From contig CM059432.1 in the NCBI GenBank assembly GCA_030390025.1, forward strand, positions 138,820,001-138,884,000: a stretch of DNA of 64,000 bases. Direction: 5' to 3'. Positions 1-11,441 of this stretch are shown piece after piece. Position numbers and translations under genes: made by a program. The notes beneath the pieces are model-generated. The model saw only the letters and a list, made by a program, of their open reading frames with translations, made no database searches and had not been told where the DNA came from. Source of the stretch: Squalus acanthias (lineage: Eukaryota). Position 1 is the stretch's first letter, and the number at the start of each line of letters is the position of its first letter.

Positions 1-712
1 ACAGAGGGACCTTGGAGTTAATGTGTATAGGTCCCTGAAGGTGGCAGGACATATTGAGAGAGTGGTTAGCAAAGCATATGGGATCTTGGGCTTCATAAAT
101 AGAAGTATTGATTACAAAAGTAGAGAAGTTATGCTGAACCTCTATAAAGCACTGGTTAGGCCACAACTGGAGTATTGCGTCCAGTTCTGGTCACCACACT
201 TTAGGAAGGATGTGAAGGCCCTTGCGAGGGTGCAGAGGAGAATTACCAGAATGGTTCCGGGGATGGAGGATCTTAGCTACAAGGACAGGTTGGAGAAGCT
301 GAATTTGTTTCCATTAGAGCAAAGGAGGTTGAGGGGTGATTTGATAGAGGTGTACAAGAATATGACGGGATTGGATAGGCTAGACGGGGAACGGCTGTTC
401 CCACTAGTTGATGGTACAAGGACTAGGGGACAAAGATTTAAGGTTTTGGGCAAGAGATACAGGGGGGATGTGAGGAAAAACATTTTTGCGCAGCGAGTGG
501 TGAGGACCTGGAATTCGCTGCCAACGGAAGTGGTGGAAGCTGAGACACCAATGTTTTTAAGGGGAGACTGGATAGGCACTTGAGGGAAATAAACTTGCAG
601 GGCTACGGGGATACAGCAGGGGAATGGGACTGACTGGATTGCTCTACATAGAGAGCCGGCAGAGACGCGATTGGCCGAATGGCCTCCTTCTGTGCCGTAT
701 GACTCTATGACT
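1..712 (+). mobile_element. CR1-clade LINE, 3' part (ORF2 C-terminus and 3' UTR)
   Basis: ORF 23..583 contains LYKALVRPQLEYCVQFWSP...RLRGDLIEVYK. Ends in a tatgactc-type repeat tail. Confidence 0.9.
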
Positions 713-1465
713 CGTGCCAGGCAATGACCATCTCCAACAAGCGAGCGTCTAACCACTGCCCCTTGTTATTCAACGGCATTAGCATTGCCGAACCCCCCAC
801 CATCAACATCCTGGGGGGTCACCATTGACCAGAAACTTAACTTGACCAGGCACATAAATACTGTGGCAACAAGAGCAGGTCAGAGGCTAGGTATTCTGGG
901 TGTCTCATCTCCTGACTCCTCAAAGCCTTTCCACCATCTACAAGGCACAAGTCAGGAGTGTGATGGAATACTCTCCACTTGCCTGGATGAGTGCACTCAA
1001 GAAGCTCGACAACATCCAAGACAAAGCAGCCCGCTTGATTGGCACCCCATCCACTACCTTAAACATTCACTGCCACCACCACCAGCGTACCATGGCTGCA
1101 GTGTGTACCATCTACACGATGCACTGCAGCAACTCGCCAAAGTTTCTTCGGCAGCAGCTCCCAAACATGCGACCACTGGCACTAAGAAGGACAAGTGCGG
1201 CAGGCACATGGGAACTCCATCACCTCCAAGTTCCCCTCCAAGCCACACACCATCCTGACTTGGAAATATGTCGCCATTTCTTCATTGTCACTGGGTCAAA
1301 ATCCTGGAACTCCCTACCTAACAGCACTGTGGGAGTACCTTCACCACACAGACTGCAGCGGTTCAAGAAGGCGGCTCACCACCACCTTCTCAAGGGCAAT
1401 TAGGGATGGGCAATAAATGCTGGCCTTGCCAGCGACGCCCACATCCCAGGAACAAATAATAAAAC
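713..1465 (+). mobile_element. Second LINE family ('LINE-B', CR1/L2 group, clade uncertain), 3' fragment
   Basis: IYKAQVRSVMEYSPLAW...SWNSLP is an ORF2 C-terminal motif. 3' end is gggatgggcaataaatgctggcc...cccacatccc. Other copies at about 2295-2588 and 17968-18517. Confidence 0.8.
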
Positions 1466-2294
1466 AATCACAGAACCTAGAACCTGTCAAATATTCCGTC
1501 TAATGTTTTGTTGTTTCGTTGATAACTTTTGCTGCTGAGTTCTGGTGTTAATTTATCAAATGATAGACTTGATAGACACCCCAGTTATCAATATTGATAT
1601 GCAAATACCGTACTTTCAGCACCACCGCAGTATATTTCAAATTTATTTCAGTTATGTAAGTAGGATAAAGGGATTTGTATTGTCACGATCCCTTCAGATG
1701 CAATGTAACATTCTTTTGATTTTAAATTTCATACGTGCAGCAGTCTCACCATCAATACCATAAAGAAAGAATATGGGATATAAAATTGATTGCAAGTCGA
1801 CCCTGTATTATACATATTACGATTTAGTGGATTTAAGCAGTATCCTTGCAACAACACTAAAAGCTTTATGTATTTTTCACTGTGGACAAAAAGATAGGCA
1901 GATGGTGCAACAAAAGTGCTTCTTTCTGCTCCCCAAGAGTTCAAACCTTTTTTCCAGGTGCATATTTTATTTAAGACACATGCTGTAAACTGGGTAATTT
2001 TTCTTGACAGATATGTGCAACAAGCTGTCAATCAAATTGATGGTTGAGTAGAAAACTAGATTTTCAACTGTGAAGAAACTAACCTGTTTGAACCAACAGC
2101 ACAGCGAGAAACGAATAAAGCTTCGGGTTTAAAGGAAAATGCTTTTGGTTGAACATTCGCTAGAAATGAGAGGACAATATGGAGAGTGGCAAAAGATAAC
2201 ACCACAGTTTAAGAACGTAAGAAACAGGAGCAGGAATAGGCTATACGGTCCATCAAGCCTGCTCCGCCATTCAATAAGATCACGGCTGATCTTC

Positions 2295-2588
2295 TACCTC
2301 TTGACATTCAATGGTCTTACCATCACCGAATCCCCCACCATGAACATCCTGGGGGGGTTACCAGTGACCAAAAACTTAACTGGACCAGCCACAGAAATAC
2401 CGTGGCTACAAGAGCAGGTCAGAAGTGGGGTATTCTGCGGCAAGTGACTCATCTCCTGACTCCCCAAAGCCGTTCCACTATCTCCAAGGCACAAGTCAGG
2501 AGTGTGATGGAATACTCTCCACTCGCCTGGATGAGTGCAGCTCCAGCAACACTCAAGAAGCTCGACGCCATCCAGGACAAAGCAGCCC
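2295..2588 (+). mobile_element. LINE-B fragment
   Basis: Colinear with about 760-1030 (KAQVRSVMEYSPLAWMSAAP). Confidence 0.8.
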
Positions 2589-4525
2589 ACTCACTTAACC
2601 GGTCTAAATCCCTTCGCAGCTGCTTTGTGTCCTCACAGTTTACTTTCCCACCTAACTTTGTATCATCAGCAAAATTTGATACATTACACTTGGTCCTTTC
2701 ATCTAAGTCATTGATAGAGATTGTAAATAGCTGAAGCCCTGATCCTTGTGGCACCCCACTAGTTACAGCCTGCCGACGGGAAAATGATCTGTTTATTCCT
2801 ACTCTCTGTTTTCTGTCTGTTAACTGATGAAAGAAAGACAGAAAGAAAAGAAAAAGAAAAAGAAAAGGAAAAAAGAAAGAAAGAAAAATGACAGACAGAC
2901 AGACTGAAAGAAAGAATGCCTTCCATTTATATCGCGCCTTTCACGAACACTGAACATCCCAAAGCGCTTTACAGCCAATGAAGATTTTTTTTTGAAGTGT
3001 AGTCACTGTTGTAATGTAGGAAACGCGGCAGCCAATTTGAGCACAACAAGCTCCCACAAACAGCAATATGATCGTGGCCAGATAAACTGCTGTAGTGATG
3101 TTGATTGAGGGTTAAATATTGGCCAGGACACTGGGGATAACTCCCCTGCTCTTATTTGAAATAGTACCATGGGATCTTTTACATCCACCTGAGAGCAGAT
3201 GAGGCCTCGGTTTAACGTCTCATCTGAAAGCTAATATATGACACCTAATCCCATGAGCCCTAATCTTGTGTAACAACCTCCTGTGTGGCAGCTCATCGAA
3301 TGCCTCCTGAAAATCCAAATATACTACATCCACTGGTTCCCCTTTATCTGGCCTGCTAGTTCCACCCTCAAAAATCTCTTAAAGGTTTGTCCAACATGAC
3401 TTCCCTTTCATAAAACCGTGTTGACTCTGCCTAATTATGTTGTGATTTTCCAAGTGCCCTGTTACCACGTCCTTCACAATAGATTCGAGCATTTTCCGTA
3501 CGACTGATGTCTGGTTAACTGGCCTATAGTTCCCTGTTTTATCAATCCTTTCTTGAACAGCGGGGTTACATTTGCTACCTTCCAATCCACAGGGACAGTT
3601 CGAGAACCTAGGGCATTCTGGAAGATCAAAACTATTTCTGCAGCCACCTCTTTTAAACCCCTAGGATGTAGGCCATCAGGTCCATGGGATTTGTTGGCTT
3701 TGAGTGCCATTATTTTTTCCAGTACTTTCTCTTTACTAATATTAATTACTTGAAGTTCCTCACTCTCATTAGCCCCTTGGTTCCCCACTATTTTTGGTAT
3801 GTTCTTTGTGTCCTCTCCTGTGAGGACAGACACAAAATATGTGTTTCACGTCTTTGCCATTTCCTTATTCTCATTATAATTTCTCCTATCTCTGTCTTAA
3901 GGGACCCACATTTACTTTCACTAATCTTTTCCTTAAAAGCTCTTACAATCTGTTTTTATATTTCTTGCTAGTTTACTCTCATATTCTATTTTCTCCCTCT
4001 TTATTTCTTGGGTCACCATTTGCTGATTTTTAAAAGCTCTCAATCCTCAGGCTGACTACTCTCTTTGGCAACATTGTAAGCCTCTTCTTTTAATCTAATA
4101 CTATCCTTAACTTCTCTAGTTAGCCATGGCTGTACCACTTTTCCAGTAGTTTTTATTCCTCAAGGGAATGTATATTCGTTGAGAATTATGAATTATTTCT
4201 TCAAATGTTTGCCTTTGCTTATCTACCGTCATATCTTTTAATCTAATTTCCCAATGTACCTCAGCCAACTCGCTCCCCCATACCTCCGTAATTGGCTTTG
4301 TTTAAATTTAAAACTCTAGTTTCGGACTTAACCACTTCATCTCAAACTTAATATGAAATTCTATCATATTATGATCACTCTTCCTCAGAGGATCCTTTAC
4401 TATAAGATTAACCCCGTCTCATTACACAACACTAGATCTAAAATAGCCTGTTCCCTAGTTAGTTTCTCGACATATTGCTCCAGAAAACTGTCTTGAATGC
4501 ATACCATGAACTCGTCCTGCAAGCT
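2589..4525 (-). mobile_element. Degenerate CR1 LINE ORF2 fragment interrupted by a DeuSINE
   Basis: Minus-strand peptides INDLD...FADDTKLGG, GNYRPV, QHGFMKGKSC, GPDGLHPR. Multiple frameshifts. Confidence 0.85.
2828..3229 (-). mobile_element. DeuSINE (SacSINE1/AmnSINE1-like), 5'-truncated, with expanded (TTTC)n tail
   Basis: Reverse complement of the SINE body at 17340-17660. GAAA-rich run at 2828-2915 is its tail. Confidence 0.8.
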
Positions 4526-5050
4526 ACTTTTTGTCTTGTTTCTTGTCTTTGTTGTGATTAATGTATTATTTTCTGCCTTTCTTTACTCCCCACTTTTTGC
4601 AAATTTGATCCACCCTTCACTTGAAGGGCAAGGACTATGGCTGGGATACAGTTCTCTGGGCATTGGTGGACCTACCTTCATTCTTAATTTGCCAGTGTAG
4701 ACAGTGGCAGGGAGTATTTTCAGCAGTTCACCATTGGGGAGGGATATCACAACAAGTCCAAACCTGCCCCTACCTAATGTCTATAGAAATAAATGTTCCA
4801 CCACAGGTCACGATTTTTCTCACCCCTAACCCAGCAGTGCTGCAGTCAAGTGTAGTACCTCTACCCCAACTGAGATAAGCTAACTCAGCAGTGGCCACCG
4901 TGTTTTTGTTAGACTCTCCCTTGTCATGCACCTTCCACTACTGTGAGAAATAGCGAGAGACCTGTTCGGCTGATCTCTGCCAATTCCACTGTAACCACCT
5001 GCTAGGTTGTGCACAAGATTGGCTTAGGGCGAGGAGCAACCAACACCACC

Positions 5051-5236
5051 AAAACAGATGATCTGGTCATTATCTCATTGCTGTTTGTGGGAGCTCGCTG
5101 TGCACAAATTGGCTGCCGTGTTTCCCTGCATTACAACAGTCACTAGACTTCAAAAAGTGGTTCATTGACTGTAAAGTGCTATGGGACGCCCTGAGGTTGT
5201 GAAAGGTGCTTTATAAATGCAAGTTCTTTTTTTCTT
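5051..5236 (+). mobile_element. DeuSINE 3' fragment
   Basis: ggtcattatctcattgctgtttgtgggag...ataaatgcaagttctt matches the other copies. Confidence 0.8.
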
Positions 5237-6304
5237 TCACTGTAATTTGCTTTCATTGTGGAGCAGTGCCTGGCTGCCAGCCCACACTTCGCCACAGTGA
5301 CACAGTTGATGCTCATTGTCTGGGAAATCCCATGCAAGGACCTGCATCCTATCATTCGATGAAGCAGCAAATTGGCACTGCAGTGCATTATGATGCCCTG
5401 ATTGTTTTATCGATACAATGAGACCTCGATGTTGTGACACACTAAGGGACCCCCCCCCCCGCACCCACTGGATGATGGACATTGGCAGATAATAGAGTCC
5501 CCATATTTTGGTCTTGTACGTATGGTACGGTAATACTGTAGGAGCGTGAATGAAGACAAAGACAATACAAATAACAAGCTTAATTTATTATTTCCTGGGC
5601 TATGAAGTTGATTTAATTCAGCTGGGAAGCTGTGCAAGGTTTTGTCCTGAAAATTACAGAGGATAATAGAGAGAGAGAGAGAATATTTGGAGCTTGAAAC
5701 TCCAACTTATTCTCCTATTAGTCTTCTTTTTGCAAAACACTATTTCTTAATGCTCTTAAATATTCATTTGCCTGTTCTGTAAAACTATAAGCCCTTTTTT
5801 TTAATTCTTATTTTCATGTTCTGTAATACGTAAACCCCTTTTAATTCTCAACCTCCAAGTTGTTCCAGTCATTTTAGGAAGAAAAGCTCATGTTTTGGTT
5901 TCCAAGCATTAGCTTATTCACTCCTTTGTGGAAAAAAAAGTGGTTCCAATTATTGCTGGCCTATTTTAAATAAGTCACATGTTGCAAATAGATGACTTAA
6001 CTCTTTGTTAACTTAGCCAATATAAATGCCTTTCCCTGTAGCAATAACACACAAAGAATGTAAATAAGGAAGACAAGATGAAACCATGTGGGAATTGCTT
6101 GGTCCTGGAAATTCATTTAACTCAACTTAACTGGATCCCATGCCTTTTCCCTGGGTTCAGCAGATTGCCACCTGGGGTACACAGGTAGTCTGGTGAAACC
6201 ATGGAGTAAATTCATGGCCCTGACGTTCTATCCTAAAATCAAGATCTAACATGTCAACAGTGAGATCATTACTACCCTGATATGTCGCATGCATGCCAAT
6301 TGTG

Positions 6305-6571
6305 TAGGGTTGCCAACCCTCCAGGATTGTCTTGGAAGTCTCTGGGAATTAGAGATTAATCTCCTGGGTGCTGCTACAAGCAAAAAACCCAGGAGAAAAA
6401 TCATTGGGGACCGTGTGTGTGTTTTTCCCCCCCCCCCCCATTTTCCTTGAACACTTTTGGTTATTAGTTGTAAACATATTGCAGATGGGGGAGGGGGAAA
6501 GGCCGTGAGACTGGGCCGGGCGGTTGGAGGTGTGAGGTCACGCGATGAAACCTCCAGGAACAGCAACCCTA
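6305..6571. mobile_element. hAT-like (Blackjack-type termini) MITE
   Basis: TIRs tagggttgc.../...gcaacccta. Flanks caattgtg / caatttgtg look like an 8-bp TSD with one indel. Related copy at 56418-56782. Confidence 0.7.
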
Positions 6572-6646
6572 CAATTTGTGTATCCCGAACATCGGTAAGC
6601 AGTCCCAAGGAAGAAGGATTAGAACTCAGAATAAAGCGAGTCTTAC

Positions 6647-6825
6647 CTGCGTGCAAATAAGCCAGATCTGGATTCTCGATATCTGGATGAAGCTCCTTGA
6701 GATGGTTCCGGAATTCTAATGGGATATTGGTTCCATACTCGCACTTTGGGCAGTTGTACATCCGCACTCCCTCGTGTTTGCCAGTGTGTAGGATATGCTT
6801 GCGGATATTCTCTGCACAGTTCGAC
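6647..6825 (-). CDS. ZNF407: Internal coding exon (179 bp); (R)SNCAENIRKHILHTGKHEGVRMYNCPKCEYGTNIPLEFRNHLKELHPDIENPDLAYLHA(G)
   Basis: Acceptor caattag|GTCGAAC and donor GCAG|gtaaga. Phase 2 in completes the Arg codon AG|G and the finger begun in the 121-bp exon (CPWC...H...H). Lies within ORF 6246..6842. Confidence 0.95.
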
Positions 6826-6994
6826 CTAATTGGTTTTTTCAAAAAGAATATTTCATCAGTTTCAGCACGTTTTTAATGGTAGCCTTAATGTTTTAATTCT
6901 TTCCAGAAGATGTATGCCTTATAGATGATCCAGCACTTAGAATCTTTAGCAAAAATAATCTTATTAAAATGAAAATCTAAGCTACTGTAATTTT

Positions 6995-7138
6995 TGGATA
7001 CTAAGGGAGTCGAGGGATATGGGGATAGTGCGGGAAGGTGGAGTTGAGGTAAAAGATCAGCCATGATCTTACTGAATGGCGGAAGCAGGCTCGAAGGGCC
7101 GAGTGGCCTACTCCTGCTCCTATTTCTTATGTTCTTAA
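6995..7138 (+). mobile_element. CR1 3' tail fragment
   Basis: gatcagccatgatct...ggcctactcctgctcctatttcttatgttctta. Confidence 0.75.
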
Positions 7139-8809
7139 GCAAGGCACAGAGAAAGATCCAAAGGGACGCAAGGTGAAATAACTGAAGCTGAAGGAGGGAG
7201 GGCAATTATTACACTCAAGTCACATAAATAGCCAGCTCATGTTGTCTATGAGGCTAGTGGTACTGCAACTATTAGTCATGTTTAGGTTTGCATATATTGT
7301 TACAAACTGAAAGCCTGATAAAAGAGGAGGTCATTAAAGAGTGAATGCAACATTGACAATGAAAGTAACAATTTGCATGTCAACATATGCTTCAAGAAAA
7401 ATAACCGATTTTAAAACTTTAAAGGAGTGCATTTTTTAGACGGAAAAAATAGAAGAGTCGTTGAATATTTTAACATGGTTCTGCTTTAACTTTACATTCC
7501 CATTTTATCCTCTCCCCAGCAAAGATTGTTCTCTATCCAAGATGTTAGGTTGGGTGTGTGTCATGGAGCTTGACTCTTATTGCTCTTGCAGTTACTGCGT
7601 GATCCTATTTTACCTCAGATACTGAATAACCTCCTCAATGCCTGACCCTCCACCCAGTGGCTTAGTTGGGAACTATCCGATCAAAGCAAGCAACCTGACG
7701 TATCAGATACTCCCGAGACTCGACCTTCTGCATCTGAAGTTACAAGTACTTGACCCTTTGATCTACTGGGGCCATTTCAAGCTGTTAATTCGTCAACCCA
7801 CTATTTGTTGGAATGCCACACTTAATTCCGGATTTAAGCCCAATTTAAACAAATCCAGGGCAAGTAAATTTTTCAAGATCGATTAGTATTTTCATGCTAA
7901 TAACCAAACATTGTGTATTAGAATATTAAAACTAAAATGACTGTGAGACCACAATGACACTGATAAAGCCCCAGTGTTTTTTTCTTCTTGATCTGTAGCC
8001 ATATAGCATAAAGGAAATAATAATACATACATAAAATGCATACGTAATAATAACATAAAAAGTGTTGTTTTACGGTGTCCATGCATAAACCAGCAAGACA
8101 GGAATTTTGTTGCAACTCTGGAACAATCCTGAATGAAGTTGATTAACTTCTGTCATTATGTCGCTAATTTTTGATAACTTTTTATATTCTTTCCTCATTC
8201 TGTCTTTTGCCTCTGAAGTAAGCCCAGTGCTTGGTTAAAAAGGCCCAATCTCGGATACCCTTTCTCAAACAATAAGGTATGGCGCTCTAAGCTTGCAGAT
8301 ATCTCCATCAGTGGCGTTCCTAGGCTGCTTTTCCTGGAAGTTTCTTTGAGGCGTACAGGAACAGACCCCTCTGCCCCCCGCCCCCACCCCCCGGCAAAAC
8401 AAGTTATGCTCCCTCCCTTCTGCTGAATTGACCAAGACTGCCAAAGATTTATGAGGCGGCAAGATAGACTTTCTCCAAGAAATTCATTGAAGAATGCATG
8501 CCACAAGAATGCTCAGGAAGATTGTGTTCTAATCCAGCAGGGTTAATCTCGGAGGGGCAATTCTTGCTACTTAGGTGCCATCATTTTCTCCCTAATAGGC
8601 AGAACCAAGAATTTTGACCCACAGCACCTTTGGTGTTTGGCAGCAGGTTCTACCATGACGTGCATCACACGCCTTCGCTAGTTACAGGAGACGATATCAG
8701 CAGCAACATCCAGAGAGGAGGACAAGGAAAAATACTGTCAGAAATTAAAAAACGGATTTTATAAATGTGTGCTGTTTATCATGTGTGAGTATGTGTGTGT
8801 GTGTATCTG

Positions 8810-9301
8810 TACTCTGCTGCCCTGTATCTTAACTCGCATCAAGTCTCGTTCACCCATCGCCCCTGTGCTCGCTGACCTACACTGGCTCCCAGTCAAACAA
8901 CGCCCCAATTTTAAAATTCTCATCCTTGATTTTAAATCTCTCCATGGCCTCACCCTTCCCTATCTCTGTAATCCCCTCCCGCCCTACAAGCTTGCGAGAT
9001 CTCTGCACTCCTCTAATTCTGGCCTCTTGCGCATCCCTGATTTTAATCGCTCCACCAGTGGGGCCGCGCTTTCAGCTGCTTTGGCCCCAAGTGCTGGAAT
9101 TCCCTCCCTAAACCTTCTCGACCTCTTTCTCCTCCTTTAAGACGCTCCTTAAAACCTACCTCTTTGACCAAGCTTTTGGTCACCTGTCCTGATATCTCCT
9201 TCTGTGGCTCGGTGTCAAAAACGTTTTTATTGATAACACTCGTTAAGCGCCTTGGGACGTTTTGCTACGTTAAAGGCGCTATATAAATGAAAGTTGTTGT
9301 T
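8810..9301 (+). mobile_element. L2-clade LINE 3' fragment
   Basis: SPIAPVLADLHWLPVKQR..FKIL is a typical L2 C-terminal motif. Ends aaggcgctatataaatgaaagttgttg. Confidence 0.85.
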
Positions 9302-10191
9302 ATTTCACAAAGTTAACTATTTCCTAGGGATCCTAGGAATACAAAATGTGCACAAAGTACAAGAACTGGAGAATAATTTACAACTAATGTTGCTTGGTTA
9401 CAGGAGGCATACCACAGTCAATGCTGCATTCTAATCACATACCGCACTGTAACATTGGGCAATTGTTTCCCAGCTTCACTCTTGTGTGTCCTCATTGCAT
9501 AATGCACAAGGTTAGCAAAGGCTGCCTAATATATAAACGTATTTTTCGCTGGTTAACGGACTTATTTGGGAGAATGAGTCATTCCTGTAAAATATTTTGA
9601 GTACACTTATAGCATAGCTCGCACACGGCTACTGTAGGATGAACTGATTCTTTTAAAATAATACAAGCTGTACTGTACATTATACATTCCATTGCACAGC
9701 TCCAGCCTCCTCGCATCCAAACAAAAGTCAAACACTCAGCAATTTCCAAAATTCAGGGGAGGATTCAAGGGCAGTACAAAATGCAGGTGATTGCTATAGC
9801 CTGCTCATCCTTCAGATACCTATACTGAGAGATCGCAACAAATAGTGTAAGTTAGTTCTTGCATTACAAAGTGCGGCTTCATTGCATGATGCATCAAAAC
9901 CGAATATTCCAGTATAAACTGAAATAAAATAACGCTATATAATAACTTTAACGTATTAAAACATCCCAAGGAGCATCACAGGAGCGTCATCAGCCAAAAT
10001 TTGAATATAGCATTAAAATGAACTGGTAAGTAAAAAGGATAAAGGAGAAACCCTCAACAAAGGTCGTAGGACAGATAATATGTTTGTATTTAAAAGCGTG
10101 CATGGGAGGGGCGGGGAAAAGAGGTGATTAAACAAACGTCGAACTATGTTAACAATGAATGCTTTATACAGCAGCACCTATGACGGTTCAA

Positions 10192-10572
10192 AGGCAAAAT
10201 ACTGCGGATGCTGGAAATCTGAAATATAAACAGAAAATGCTGAGCAGGTCAGGCAGCATCTGTGGAGATAGAAAGAGTTTTAACGTTTCAGGCCATGACC
10301 TTTTGTCAGAACTGGAAAATGTTAGAGATGTAACAAGTTTTAAGCAAGTACAGAGGCAGGGAAAGGCCGGGGGGGGGGGGGGTGGGGAGGAAAGAACAAA
10401 AGGGAAGATCTGTGTTAGGGTGGAAGGCAGGAGAGATTAAATGACAAAAAGGATGATGGTGCAAGGCAAAAGGAGGTGGTAATGGGACAAGTAAAGAAAC
10501 AAAAGATGGGTCTAGAGGAGGTGTAAATGGCAACAACAGAATCATTACCAGCACCTGCTGTCTGGAAAAAAT
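10192..10572 (-). mobile_element. Penelope-like element terminal (pLTR) fragment
   Basis: Reverse complement of about 34015-34385. The ORF-track peptide VLVMILLLPFTPPLDPSFV recurs in both places. Confidence 0.8.
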
Positions 10573-10924
10573 GGGAGCAGGGCTTATCATCTCAACTGTT
10601 GAACTCGATGGTTGTAAAGTGATGGGTCAGTTGGTAGATATGATTATTCAGCCGCACAGATCAGCAAAGTTTTCTGCTGTCAGTGTGGTGGTTGCAGGGG
10701 GTGCTATGGTTGGCCTCAGTTCCCCTGGGATGTTGAGGTTTACCACTCCCGACAGCTATCCAGTGACACCCGCTGGAAAACGCATGTGTACACGGACGTT
10801 TGGGCAAAGGCAAGGTCAGACTTGGCTGACATTTGCCCAAGATGGAGTAGCTTACCCATGCTCATGGTGCAGGCCTGAGGCAGGAATAATGACCATATGG
10901 ATGAGTTAACAAAGAGTTGCTAGC

Positions 10925-11441
10925 AACAACAACAACAAGTTGTATTTATATAGCGCCTTTAATGTAGTAAAACGTCCCAAGGCACTTCACAGGAGCGTTA
11001 TCAGACAAAATTTGACACCGAGCCACATAAGGAGATATTAGGACAGGTGACCAAAAGCTTGGTCAAAAACTTAGGTTTTAAGGAGCGACTTAAAGGAGGA
11101 GAGAGAGGTGGAGAGGTTTAGGGAGGGACTTCCAGAGTTTAGGGCCCAGGTAGCTGAAGGCACGGCCGCCAATGGTGGAGCAATGGAAATCGGGGATGCG
11201 CAAGAGGCCAGAATTGGAGGAACGCAGAGATCTCGGAAGGTTGTAGGGCTGGAGAAGGTTAGAGAGAGAGGGAGGGGGCGAGGCCGTGGAGGAATTTAAA
11301 CACAAGGATGAGAACTTTAAAATCGAGACATTGCCGGACTGGAAGCCAATGTCGGTCGGCGAGCACAGGGGCGATGGGTGAGAGGGACTTGGTGTGAGTT
11401 AGGATACGGGCAGCAGAGTTTCAGATGAGCTCAAGTTTACG
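10925..11441 (-). mobile_element. L2 LINE 3' fragment
   Basis: Reverse complement of 8810-9301, with a (caa)n tail at about 10925. Confidence 0.85.

Noticed and set aside
6246..6842. 198-aa ORF as a stand-alone zinc-finger gene
   Set aside because: Only 6647-6825 is exon. The rest reads past a canonical GT donor into intron and a MITE.
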